64,000 nt of DNA from an uncultured Flavobacteriales bacterium (GTDB lineage Bacteria; Bacteroidota; Bacteroidia; Flavobacteriales_C; GCA-002722245): NCBI GenBank assembly GCA_963933885.1, contig CAWVWF010000001.1:3638-67637 (forward strand). The letters are read 5' to 3'. The position numbers and the translations under genes are program-made. Positions 1 through 9,334 of the stretch are shown here, piece after piece; the first letter of the stretch is position 1; every line of letters begins with the position of its first letter. The notes under the pieces are model-generated. The model was not told the DNA's origin, ran no database searches, and worked only from the letters and a program-made list of their open reading frames with translations.

Positions 1-151
1 CTAAAATTCCATTTATTAAACCTAATTTCACAGCAGCTAAACTTGTATATGTTCCTGATGGTCCAACAGTATATGTCCCTGGATTTAACCCTGCCGCGTG
101 TGTCAATATAGATGTAGACAGGGCAATAAGTAGGAGTGATAATTTTTTCAT
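1..151 (-). CDS. 5' fragment of a secreted protein; the gene continues beyond the window start
   Basis: The reverse strand has an ATG at 149-151 followed by MKKLSLLLIALSTSILTHAAGLNPGTYTVGPSG..., a typical n-h-c signal peptide. The reading frame stays open to position 1. It is not in the ORF track because it is partial. Confidence 0.35.
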   Translation of the reverse strand, partial: MKKLSLLLIALSTSILTHAAGLNPGTYTVGPSGTYTSLAAVKLGLINGIL

Positions 152-277
152 AATAAAGGTCTTGAATTCCTAAAAGTCTACTACGGTTTTTCCCGCAAAA
201 AAGTTATAAGAAATACTGAACTATTTATTAGCTTGAATTATGATTTATTCATAAAGGAAATATTTCTTTAGAAGACC

Positions 278-748
278 TTATTTTTCTATCATATCATAAA
301 TCGTTTCCAAATCAAAAGTTAAACTCAATCGGTTTTTCCAAATCGAATTAAAGTCCTTCACAAAATGGAAATTGTAAGAGTAGCTAAGTTCAGTAAAGTA
401 TAAATTGAAGCCTATTTTTGGTCCTAGCGTAAATAATGATCCTTCATCAGTGTTCCAATATTGAGTGGCAAGTCCAAACATTAAAATATAATAAGCTGAA
501 GATTCAAATCTAACATTGAATTTATTATTACTTGCACCGTTTATATCTGTTGAAAGTTTAAATTCTGCTCCTAATGGCGGACAACCGGGACAATCTGCTA
601 AATATCGATATCGAAGCCCCGTATTGAATTGCCAATTTTGTTGATAGTTTATGCCTACATATGGAGCTAATGTCCATTCATCTAATTCCAAAGAGGCCTC
701 GCTATTGAAGGAAAGAGAAATCAAAAATATGAACAATAGGTTTTTCAA
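278..748 (-). CDS. small secreted or outer-membrane protein, possibly a beta-barrel; function unknown
   Basis: 156 aa with an N-terminal signal peptide (MKNLLFIFLISLSFNSEA). Aromatic-rich alternating stretches end in F/Y-rich strands. There is an unusual CPGCPP motif. No catalytic motif was recognised. Confidence 0.5.
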   Translation of the reverse strand: MKNLLFIFLISLSFNSEASLELDEWTLAPYVGINYQQNWQFNTGLRYRYLADCPGCPPLGAEFKLSTDINGASNNKFNVRFESSAYYILMFGLATQYWNTDEGSLFTLGPKIGFNLYFTELSYSYNFHFVKDFNSIWKNRLSLTFDLETIYDMIEK

Positions 749-813
749 GATCTTGGGATTTATTCTTGAATACTAAAGTAAAGCTTTTCTTCAAAAGTTC
801 GTTTCAAGCTCTT

Positions 814-875
814 CGTACTTCTTGATTTGAGTGAAACGGTAATCTAGAAAGTAAAAGATCCGATTTTCAATCGGT
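814..875. repeat. copy A of a ~60 nt conserved intergenic element
   Basis: cgtacttcttgatttgagtgaaacggtaatctagaaagtaaaagatccgattttcaatcggt. About 83% identical to copy B. It contains a small hairpin ccgatt/aatcgg. Confidence 0.6.
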
Positions 876-994
876 ATTATACATAAAACAAAAAGTACAA
901 TGATAATTAGCCATTTTCTTAAACATCTTGCGATTAGGATTAAAAAGGTTATTTTTGCACTCGGAATATCAAACTATTATAACCTGTTTATTGC

Positions 995-2533
995 ATGAAA
1001 AAAGTACTTAACTTATTTGATTTAACTCAAAAGGTAAATATCAAAACAGAAGTTTTAGCAGGTTTAACGGTTGCTATGACTATGATTCCTGAATCATTAT
1101 CATTTGCAATTCTAGCTGGTTTCCCTCCGTTGATGGGATTATACGCTGCTTTCATTGCAGGTTTAGTTACCGCTGTTTTTGGAGGAAGACCAGGGATGAT
1201 TTCGGGTGGAGCTGGTGCAACAGTAATTGTTTTGATGGCTTTAATGAAATCAAATGGGATTGAATATGTTCTTGCGGCAGTTGCTTTAGCAGGAGTAGTT
1301 CAAATTTTGATAGGAGCATTTAAGCTGGGTAAATTTATTCGTTTGGTTCCGCATCCAGTAATGTTTGGATTTGTAAATGGTTTAGCCATTATTATATTCA
1401 TGTCTCAAATGGATCAATTTCAAATAGATGTTAATGGTAACATGGAATGGCTTACTGGAACACCAATGTTAATTATGGGTGGTTTAGTTGCTTTAACTAT
1501 TGCAATTGTTGTGTTATTACCTAAACTTACTAAGGCGGTCCCATCTTCACTAGTAGCGATAATAGTAGTTTTCTTACTTGTATATTTCTTTAATATAGAT
1601 ACAAAAACAGTAAAAGATATTGCATCAATAAGTGGAGGTTTTCCTCCGTTTCATATTCCTCAAATCGCTTTAACTTGGGAAACTTTTGAGATAATTGCTC
1701 CACCTGCTATGATTATGGCAGCGGTAGGATTAACAGAAGGTTTACTTACTTTAAACTTAGTTGACGAGATTACTGAAACGAAAGGAGATGGAAACAGAGA
1801 GTGTATTGCTCAAGGAAGTTCTAACATACTTAACGGGTTTTTCTTCGGAATGGGAGGTTGTCCTATGATTGCTCAAACACTGGTTAATTTATCAGCTGGA
1901 TCAAGGGCACGTTTATCAGGTATAGTTGCATCATTAACGATTTTATTGATTGTATTGGTTGGTGCTCCAGTAATTGAATTGGTTCCAATGGCAGCATTGG
2001 TTGGGGTTATGGTTATGGTTGCATTCGGAACATTTGAATGGGCTACACTTAGAATATTCAACAAGATGCCTATTAGCGATGTTTTATTAGTAATAATCGT
2101 TGCAGCAATAACAGTTATCCTTCATAATTTAGCCTTTGCTGTATTGATTGGAGTTATAATTTCTGCATTGTTTTTCGCTTGGGAAAGTGCTAAAAGAATT
2201 AGAGCTAAGAAATACATTGATGAGAATGGAGTTAAGCATTATGAGATCTACGGTCCACTGTTTTTCGCTTCTACAACTACGTTTACAGAGAAGTTTGATG
2301 TTTCAAATGATCCTAATGAAATAATTATAGACTTTAAAGAAAGTCGTGTTTCTGATATGTCGGCGATTGAAGCTTTAAACGTTGTAACTAGCCGTTATCA
2401 TAAGGCGGGAAAGAAGGTTCACTTAAGACACTTAAGTAACGATTGTATTGCGTTATTAAAGAACGCTGAAGCGATTATTGATGTTAACATCATGGAAGAT
2501 CCAACTTACAAGTTACCTGTAGATCAGGCTTAA
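995..2533 (+). CDS. SulP-family inorganic anion transporter (sulfate/bicarbonate permease) with a C-terminal STAS domain
   Basis: The N-terminus GLTVAMTMIPESLSFAILAGFPPLMGLYAAF is the SulP signature region. Multiple TM helices follow. The C-terminal ~130 aa soluble domain (YEIYGPLFFASTT...VSDMSAIEALN) is STAS-like. Confidence 0.9.
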   Translation: MKKVLNLFDLTQKVNIKTEVLAGLTVAMTMIPESLSFAILAGFPPLMGLYAAFIAGLVTAVFGGRPGMISGGAGATVIVLMALMKSNGIEYVLAAVALAGVVQILIGAFKLGKFIRLVPHPVMFGFVNGLAIIIFMSQMDQFQIDVNGNMEWLTGTPMLIMGGLVALTIAIVVLLPKLTKAVPSSLVAIIVVFLLVYFFNIDTKTVKDIASISGGFPPFHIPQIALTWETFEIIAPPAMIMAAVGLTEGLLTLNLVDEITETKGDGNRECIAQGSSNILNGFFFGMGGCPMIAQTLVNLSAGSRARLSGIVASLTILLIVLVGAPVIELVPMAALVGVMVMVAFGTFEWATLRIFNKMPISDVLLVIIVAAITVILHNLAFAVLIGVIISALFFAWESAKRIRAKKYIDENGVKHYEIYGPLFFASTTTFTEKFDVSNDPNEIIIDFKESRVSDMSAIEALNVVTSRYHKAGKKVHLRHLSNDCIALLKNAEAIIDVNIMEDPTYKLPVDQA

Positions 2534-2542
2534 TTTTAGATC

Positions 2543-3184
2543 ATGAAAAAATTTGCCTTAATAATATTTACATTATTCTTTAGTCTACAATCTTTCGCAG
2601 GTGCTAAAAACCTACGTTTAATACCAAAAATGGCTGTTGCTTTATACTTAGGTATTGAAAACCAAGTACAGCTGATTGGTGATAAAATAGACTTGAAAGA
2701 TGTTGTCTTAGATTGTAACGACCTGGTTATTTCTGAAGCAAAAGGTAATGCTCAATTTATAGTTTTGTGCAAGGACAAAGAAAGAACAGAAGTAAAAATT
2801 ACAATTAGAAGTAAGGCGGGAAAGAAGCTTGGTAAGCTAAAAGTTATATTCATTCCAATACCCAATCCCCAGGCAACTGTATTAGGCTTAAAGAGTGGTG
2901 AAATCACTAAAAAACAATGTGATAAAGCCAAAAAACTAAAGATTGAAATGGTTGATTTCCCTTTCGATATTAAAGTTGAATTGGTGAGGTTCACAATGAA
3001 AATGTTTGTTGGAGGTGACATTATTGAGTTTCGTAACAAAGGCGAAAAGTTTAATGGTGCAATGACTAAATGGTTAGGTAAAGTTAAGCGTGGTGCAACA
3101 ATAACTTTTGATAACATTGAAGTTGAAATGCCAAACGGCGAGAAAAGAACAATCGCTCCATTAGTATTTAATTTAGTCGAATAG
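2543..3184 (+). CDS. secreted two-domain protein of unknown function, internally duplicated
   Basis: Signal peptide MKKFALIIFTLFFSLQSFA. Two roughly 90 aa Lys-rich halves of similar beta-rich pattern (…KITIRSKAGKKLGKLKVIFIP… and …VELVRFTMKMFVGGDIIEF…TITFDNIEVEMPNGEKRTIAPLVF). It sits 10 bp downstream of the SulP gene on the same strand. Confidence 0.55.
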   Translation: MKKFALIIFTLFFSLQSFAGAKNLRLIPKMAVALYLGIENQVQLIGDKIDLKDVVLDCNDLVISEAKGNAQFIVLCKDKERTEVKITIRSKAGKKLGKLKVIFIPIPNPQATVLGLKSGEITKKQCDKAKKLKIEMVDFPFDIKVELVRFTMKMFVGGDIIEFRNKGEKFNGAMTKWLGKVKRGATITFDNIEVEMPNGEKRTIAPLVFNLVE

Positions 3185-3313
3185 TACCAAGAAATTAACT
3201 CCTCAATTAATCACCTTATCAACCTAAACGGGCACTCTACTTTAAGAATAGGGCAGTCTGTCAATTTCATATTTTAAACAGAGTGAATTTAGATACTTTT
3301 ACCAAAAAAAAGC

Positions 3314-5341
3314 ATGTCTAAGATTCTTACAATTTTCTTTTCAGCAATATCTCTTTTCAGTTTCGCTCAATGTCCTTCTGGAAATGTAGTACTTAACAAC
3401 CAAGCCGAATTAGACGCTTTTGCAATTTCACATGCTGGCTGTACTAGTTTTACTGGAAATCTTGAAATAAAAGACACGCAATTAAAAGATATAACAGACC
3501 TATCGGCATTAACTAATTTAGATACGATTTGGGGGGATTTAATCTTTACTTATCTCCGTCAACCTATCGATTTGAATGCATTATCAAATCTGAAATATGT
3601 TTCGGGTGCTTTATCAATTACAGAATGTGATAGTTTACCTTCTCTTGAAGGATTAAACAATTTAACAGAAATTGGTGGAGAGTTTACAATTTACAGATGT
3701 GATTCTCTTGAAAGCTTAGCTGGTTTAGATAATCTGACGACTATTGGATCAACAAGAATATTTGATTCAAAAAAATTAAGTGTTTTAAGTGGAGTTCCTA
3801 ATCTAACAAGATGTTTAGGTGATTTCAAACTAGAGAATTCAAGAGTCACTGATCTAACAGGACTGGAAGCTCTTGAGACAATTGGAGGAGGATTAACTCT
3901 AAATTACAATTACCTATTAACTAGTTTTAATGGTCTTACCAATTTAGATTCAATACTTGGAAGGTTTTACATTACAAAGAATAACAAATTAACAACTACC
4001 CAAGGTGTTGTTGCTCTGCGATCAATTGGATCGTTAGAGATTTTGAGGAATGATAAATTGGCAATGATCGACTTTCCTACTTTATCATATGTAAAAAGTT
4101 CAATTACAGTAGAAGACAGTGATTCAATAAAAAATTTCCTTCCTGGAATGCCAAGCTTAATAGAACTGAATGGATACTTACAAGTATATAATACACCTAT
4201 AGAAAGCTTTTTAGGACTTGAATCTTTAGTTAAAATTAAAAGCGGACTTTACGCCTTGCTATGTCCTGATTTTACAGGATTTTACGGATTAGAAAACTTA
4301 GATACGATTGAAGGAACGATGTCTTTATCTCAATGTCATATGGTTACTGATTTTGAAGGTATTAGTTCATTGAAAACTGTTAATGATCTTAACATTATTA
4401 ATAATTTAAGACTTAAAAATGTTAACTGTTTCTCTCAACTTACAAGCGCAAAAAATATCACTATTAAAGAATGTGATAGCTTAGTAAGTATTGACTCTTT
4501 ACATAATATTACTTCTGTAACTGATGTACTTACTCTTAAAGACAATCCTTTACTAGCCAGTTTAAATGGTTTAGAAAACTTGGCACTGGCAGAAGCTATT
4601 TCTTTATTCAATTTGCCAAAACTAACATCTGTTTCTCCTCTATCTAAAATTAAAGTGCTTCATGAAGGTTTTCTTGTTTACAATACAGGAATAAAAGACT
4701 TTACTGGAATGTCTCAATTAGACTCAATAAATGAGTTGTTTTATGTTCAGTACTGTGATTCTCTTGAATCATTTAATGGGTTATCGAACTTGAAATTTAT
4801 CGGTTCAGACTTTATCGTAAGTAATGATTCAAACTTAGTTGATATGACTGGATTATCTAGCTTAACAACAATAACTGATTTAATTGAAATTTACGAAAAT
4901 CCTAAACTTGTTTCAATAGAAGGATTAGAAAATCTAGCTATATCCGTTGATGCAGATGTTGAAATATATGATAACGATTTACTTACTTTCTGTGCGATAA
5001 CAAGTGTTTGTGATTACTTAGCACTAAATCCTGGAGGTTCTGATATTTATGATAACGCAACTGGTTGTGATAATGAAACTGAAATACAAAATGAATGTTC
5101 TGTTACCTCTGTAGTTGATATTAAAGCAACGTTTACTGTTTACCCTAACCCATTTAATAATTATCTAACTGTAGAAGGGATGAATGAACATTCAAGTTAT
5201 ACTGTAACAGATATATCTGGTAGGACAATAATCACATCAAATTCTGAAAGCATAAATACGGCGGGATGGAACAAAGGAGTTTACTTCTTTAAAGTGATGG
5301 ATAATAATCAATCCTTTACATACCAACTTGTGAAACGTTAA
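3314..5341 (+). CDS. T9SS-secreted repeat protein (receptor-L-domain/LRR-like repeats) with a type-A Por C-terminal sorting domain
   Basis: Signal peptide. At least 20 irregular repeats of ~22-25 aa with the L-x-x-L-x-x-I-x-G/N-L pattern (…LTNLDTIWGDLIF…, …LNNLTEIGGEFTI…). The last ~75 aa (TFTVYPNPFNNYLTVEG…GVYFFKV…) match the T9SS type-A CTD. Confidence 0.8.
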   Translation: MSKILTIFFSAISLFSFAQCPSGNVVLNNQAELDAFAISHAGCTSFTGNLEIKDTQLKDITDLSALTNLDTIWGDLIFTYLRQPIDLNALSNLKYVSGALSITECDSLPSLEGLNNLTEIGGEFTIYRCDSLESLAGLDNLTTIGSTRIFDSKKLSVLSGVPNLTRCLGDFKLENSRVTDLTGLEALETIGGGLTLNYNYLLTSFNGLTNLDSILGRFYITKNNKLTTTQGVVALRSIGSLEILRNDKLAMIDFPTLSYVKSSITVEDSDSIKNFLPGMPSLIELNGYLQVYNTPIESFLGLESLVKIKSGLYALLCPDFTGFYGLENLDTIEGTMSLSQCHMVTDFEGISSLKTVNDLNIINNLRLKNVNCFSQLTSAKNITIKECDSLVSIDSLHNITSVTDVLTLKDNPLLASLNGLENLALAEAISLFNLPKLTSVSPLSKIKVLHEGFLVYNTGIKDFTGMSQLDSINELFYVQYCDSLESFNGLSNLKFIGSDFIVSNDSNLVDMTGLSSLTTITDLIEIYENPKLVSIEGLENLAISVDADVEIYDNDLLTFCAITSVCDYLALNPGGSDIYDNATGCDNETEIQNECSVTSVVDIKATFTVYPNPFNNYLTVEGMNEHSSYTVTDISGRTIITSNSESINTAGWNKGVYFFKVMDNNQSFTYQLVKR

Positions 5342-5541
5342 ATAAAGGTCTTACAAGTTATTTTTGGTATTCGCACGACACCTTATACTTGATATCTTAA
5401 TATTCCTGTACTTTCGAATGTTTAATTTCTTTTGTTTATTTACATTAACCAACTTTACAAGCCGTATACTACAAAATAAATCCCTGTCTTGGTTATCAAT
5501 AAAGTAGAAGTATAGTAATCCTATTTCTATTTGGCCTTATT

Positions 5542-8067
5542 TTACCTTTTCACTTTAAGCACTTTAAACCATTGGTTATCATTTGAATTTACTGCTTTCA
5601 CAAAATAAACGCCCTCTGATAATGTATTAGGAAATAGAATTGAATACGCATCTGATGCTTGTAAAACCAGTTTTCCGAAGTTATCATAAACCTCAATCTG
5701 ATCGATGGCTCTATTGAAGTTTAACCTATCAAAAACAGGGTTTGGAAATGCAGTGATTTCTGACTTTTTCACAGCCTTTGAAGATGTTAAGACACTAACA
5801 CAAAAATTCTCTGAAGACGTTGATGAATACTCGGCTACTGTTAAAGTTGAGATTACTGAGTTCTGAGATTTGTTTTCTAATTTAAAGTAATCCGTTTGAG
5901 TTGGTTCCGGACAAGCTCCTAAGTCGTTATAATAATGAGGGTAAGCGTTTGGTGGAGCCGACCAGATTTGATTTTTTGCTTCATAAACTTTTCCTTGGAA
6001 AACGAATTTTTCTCCAGTTTCATAAATCGTTGAAGTATTGTATTCTGAAAACATACTACATAAATCCTCTAAAAATGCGTCGTTAATTTCGAAATCATAA
6101 CACACGTTTTCTTCCAAACAGAATTCCTGAGATTGTAAATTATTAGCTGTTGTGCTGCTTACGCTATTGTATGACTTAACTGACGTGTTGTTATCTGAAA
6201 TATCCCATGAAAGACTAGTAGACATTGATCCTGTAGAAATGTCGAATTGAAATAACTGACCAGCTTGCATGTTGAAATTTTGCTCAAATACATTATTTGA
6301 AGGAATCTCATCAATTACACCATTAGGTAAACTTAATACTACTGTGATATCCTGATCACCAAAGTTGGAAATAGGAAAAGTATTTAACGTTAATACTGAA
6401 CTTGTTCCACTTCCAATGGAAACTTGATGATTTTGATTGTAAACCTCAACAGTGTTTAATGAAACAGAAACGTTAACACTCGACAAGATCTTAGAACCTC
6501 CATTCAAAATTTCAATTTCAGGTGCCAATGAATTCCCACACGTTTTAGTGGATATATTATTAATTCCAACAATTGCAGCATCGTTCTCTTTTTGTTGAAT
6601 TCCTTCAATCGTACCCGAAATTTCAAACTGTCCGAGCGAAGAATAATCAGTCCATTTTGTAGCTGCACTTCCTGCTCCAACCCCATCCATACTTAGGTAG
6701 TAATCACCACTAACTAGAACTTTACTAATGTTAACTGCCTGTGTGAAATCAGCATCGTTGTTTGTATACTTTTGAATCAAATTCCCTGAAGCGTCCAATA
6801 ATTCAATCTCAAAATCTAAGTTAGGTTTAGGTAAACCTGTAGCTGCTACATCAAGGTTAATTGAACCTCCAGCAACATAGAAGTGGAATACATCTTTATC
6901 TGTTCTTCTTTCAATAATCCCTTTATTCTTGTTTAATACCGCTACACCTTGTCCGTTTAAACTGTAATCTATTTCGGAAGCAGAGCCAATTGTATTTCCA
7001 TGATCATCTGCTCTATATCCTCCAACTGCATCTTGAATTATCCAAGTATCATCATCGGTAGTGTTTGTTGCATTCGCGTAATCTCCGATACTCCATTGTG
7101 TTAATGGAAGATAATATGAAACACCCATGATAGGTGCCCAAACACCATGTCCTTTATAGTATGCACCATCACCAGAGCTACCATCGTGCGACAACCCTAA
7201 AGTATGTCCAGCTTCGTGAGATCCTGCTTCTGCAGCTCTAACTGAGTTTCCAAATCCATCAGTAAATACCCAGCAAACTTCGGTAGCATTCCAATTAAAA
7301 CTTCCTCTTAAAGCAACTCCTCCTCCTGGAGACCAATAGGATGTTGGTGTAAAAACTACTCTCGTTTTCCATCCGTTTGGTGCGGCATTATAAACCGCTT
7401 CATTAGTTGTTACATTAACATCAAAAGGAGCGTAATCTTCAACTAAAACATACCAAGCAGTTAACATATCAATATCACTCCATCCAGTTCCAGCAGCGTT
7501 TAATGAAGCCCCACTATTCCATGGCGTTCCGGATGGAAGATTGTATCCATCCATATCACAGTAAATTACCGCTGTAGCTCCTGGATTACTATTTAAATCA
7601 TATGGATCCCAAGCGTATTCTTTTAGTGAATCTAATTGCGCTGTTGTAAGGGCTGATTCTTCATCATCTAACGCTCCTTGATGTCCTTTAAACCCTCTAC
7701 AGATCAATTTATCAACGTTGATGACTTTGGATATAACTTCTCCTGATTTTGATGTTTTTAATGAATAAGCTTCATGCTCAGAAACAATTACAAAACCTTC
7801 TAGTTCTTGGTCTCTGTTGTATCCTAAAACAAATAAGGAAGCTTTACCTTTTAACTTTCCTAATACTTGCTGTTCTCCTCTTTTATATAAATCGATTTCG
7901 ATTTTCTTCGTTGTAGATACTTGAAGTTTCGTTGTACTGGATCTACCATGTAAACTCGTAAACAATGTTTCAGCATCGCCTAGCGAAAATGAACTGGTAT
8001 CTTGTGATCTTCCTACAAAATTCGCGAAAATAATCCCTCCTAATAAAAGTACTTTAAGTCTTAGCAT
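5542..8067 (-). CDS. zinc metalloprotease (metzincin, reprolysin-like HExxHxxGxxHD) with pre-peptidase beta-sandwich domains and a T9SS type-A CTD
   Basis: HEAGHTLGLSHDG is the zinc-binding motif. The C-terminus AFPNPVFDRLNF…GVYFVKAV…KVLKVKR is a Por sorting domain. The track ORF extends to 8157 via a TTG start. I moved the start to the ATG at 8065-8067 because the signal peptide MLRLKVLLLGGIIFANFVG follows it. Confidence 0.8.
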   Translation of the reverse strand: MLRLKVLLLGGIIFANFVGRSQDTSSFSLGDAETLFTSLHGRSSTTKLQVSTTKKIEIDLYKRGEQQVLGKLKGKASLFVLGYNRDQELEGFVIVSEHEAYSLKTSKSGEVISKVINVDKLICRGFKGHQGALDDEESALTTAQLDSLKEYAWDPYDLNSNPGATAVIYCDMDGYNLPSGTPWNSGASLNAAGTGWSDIDMLTAWYVLVEDYAPFDVNVTTNEAVYNAAPNGWKTRVVFTPTSYWSPGGGVALRGSFNWNATEVCWVFTDGFGNSVRAAEAGSHEAGHTLGLSHDGSSGDGAYYKGHGVWAPIMGVSYYLPLTQWSIGDYANATNTTDDDTWIIQDAVGGYRADDHGNTIGSASEIDYSLNGQGVAVLNKNKGIIERRTDKDVFHFYVAGGSINLDVAATGLPKPNLDFEIELLDASGNLIQKYTNNDADFTQAVNISKVLVSGDYYLSMDGVGAGSAATKWTDYSSLGQFEISGTIEGIQQKENDAAIVGINNISTKTCGNSLAPEIEILNGGSKILSSVNVSVSLNTVEVYNQNHQVSIGSGTSSVLTLNTFPISNFGDQDITVVLSLPNGVIDEIPSNNVFEQNFNMQAGQLFQFDISTGSMSTSLSWDISDNNTSVKSYNSVSSTTANNLQSQEFCLEENVCYDFEINDAFLEDLCSMFSEYNTSTIYETGEKFVFQGKVYEAKNQIWSAPPNAYPHYYNDLGACPEPTQTDYFKLENKSQNSVISTLTVAEYSSTSSENFCVSVLTSSKAVKKSEITAFPNPVFDRLNFNRAIDQIEVYDNFGKLVLQASDAYSILFPNTLSEGVYFVKAVNSNDNQWFKVLKVKR

Positions 8068-8296
8068 AGTTCTGTTTTTTAAGAATCGTTTTACTTTGGT
8101 AAGTAAAAGTGAAGTTTCCAAAATCATCAAATAGAAAAACATATCGATCCACACCAAATTTATTGATAGTGAAGATGTTAAACAGAACGAAAAATATTAA
8201 AAATGATATTTCAAGGAAGGGTGATTTATAGATTGAGTTCGTGTATTGTTGCGATATAAAACAGTATATTTTTAAGAGGAAAATCATCCTTAAGGC

Positions 8297-8324
8297 TGTT
8301 CTGAAAACAGGTGTTTTCAGAACA
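8297..8324. promoter_or_regulatory. 28 bp perfect palindrome (13+2+13), a candidate operator or structured RNA hairpin
   Basis: TGTTCTGAAAACA GG TGTTTTCAGAACA. The arms are exact reverse complements. It lies in a 490 bp gene-free gap upstream of the metalloprotease gene. Confidence 0.4.
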
Positions 8325-8373
8325 ACTTTACCACGCCTATATATAATAAATGCAGGTACTTAGAGCATGTTTC

Positions 8374-8400
8374 ACTTTGGTGACAGTCACCAAAGTTTTT
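8374..8400 (+). terminator. intrinsic terminator-like hairpin (11 bp stem, 1-nt centre, T5 tail) with no upstream + strand CDS
   Basis: actttggtgac a gtcaccaaagt followed by ttttt. Confidence 0.4.
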
Positions 8401-8451
8401 ATGGGGTTAATTGAAGCTCTCTCCAAAACTAATTATAGATCCACCGTATAC

Positions 8452-8511
8452 CGTACTTTTTGATTTAGCGAAGCGTAATCTAAAAGGTAAAAGTTCCGAT
8501 TTGTAATCGGT
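8452..8511. repeat. copy B of the ~60 nt conserved intergenic element
   Basis: cgtactttttgatttagcgaagcgtaatctaaaaggtaaaagttccgatttgtaatcggt. Same orientation as copy A, 7.6 kb away. Confidence 0.6.
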
Positions 8512-8647
8512 GTTTAATCAGTTTAAATTTATTTAATTAGAAATATCAGAAGATAGGGATTGCTTAAAACTAGAGCTTCGAGCTAATATGATTATTTATT
8601 TGTCGTATTACTTACTAGGGGCCTGACCCTATAGCACTCTATAGCAC

Positions 8648-9079
8648 TCATGGATTTTGAGCTCTGTACAAAGTAAAAGTTATCGTTTTTGTTACAGTTT
8701 GATTATTTGAATTCGTGTATACTGAAGATCCCTCAAAAACAAACTTGTCTGCAGAAATTGATACAATTTTATATTCATCAAAAAATTCAGTTAATCCTAT
8801 AATATTAACGGTATTAGCTGTGCAAGACCAAGTACAGTTTAATCCTGGGGAAAAACAAACTTTAGCATAAAGATCTTTTGCTGTTTCAAAATCAAATTGT
8901 GTTATAGAAGTCGTTTTTGAAGATGACCCGTTTCCAGTCTCTTCGAAATCTCTTTTCGTTCCTGATTCCCAAACGCCAACTATTTGGTCACTTACTAATT
9001 CAGCTTCATTAACTTCTTCTTCCTTCTTACAGGAAAATAATGCGAGTGTAATTAAACAAAATGCGAATAAATTTTTCAT
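8648..9079 (-). CDS. small lipoprotein, function unknown
   Basis: MKNLFAFCLITLALFSC has a lipobox (LFSC). It is ~143 aa mature. The start was trimmed from 9106 to the ATG at 9077-9079 in front of the signal peptide. Confidence 0.55.
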   Translation of the reverse strand: MKNLFAFCLITLALFSCKKEEEVNEAELVSDQIVGVWESGTKRDFEETGNGSSSKTTSITQFDFETAKDLYAKVCFSPGLNCTWSCTANTVNIIGLTEFFDEYKIVSISADKFVFEGSSVYTNSNNQTVTKTITFTLYRAQNP

Positions 9080-9334
9080 AATTTTTAGGTTGCGGTTTAA
9101 AGACATAATTCAGCATCTAAAAAAAGATACATGAAATATTATACTTTATAATACAAAACGCTTCGAAGCACCCTTAACAACTAACTGGCATATGTCTAAA
9201 AAAATAATATGTGATAGTGTAATTTGTATTTGAAATACAATTAAGTAATTCCATTACTTACTCCAGTATAATTTCGAGAAGGTGATTTCTCCCGATTCCT
9301 TATTATTAAACTTAATAGAAATTGGTTTTGTATT

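Noticed and set aside
1873-2064. 63 aa antisense ORF inside the SulP transporter gene. The same class includes 2752..3117, 5901..6086, 6504..6686, 8054..8287, 9670..9915, 11347..11580, 11857..12066, 12435..12677, 15291..15473, 15772..16101, 18380..18640, 21109..21294, 22126..22323, 22624..22812, 23703..23915, 24077..24271, 25060..25242, 25366..25560, 26939..27148, 28259..28546, 30693..30887, 31686..31916, 33484..33672, 41054..41239, 44598..44792, 51719..51970, 52861..53049, 57177..57440, 59978..60211, 62295..62525 and 62515..62697.
   Set aside because: All are short and lie entirely within, or antisense to, long ORFs that have clear family motifs. Their products are low-complexity with no signal of conservation. 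I treated them as frame shadows.
8297-8324. The 28 bp palindrome as a rho-independent terminator.
   Set aside because: It is not followed by a T-run on either strand. It is more likely an operator or an internal RNA structure. The nearby 8374-8400 hairpin is the terminator-like element.
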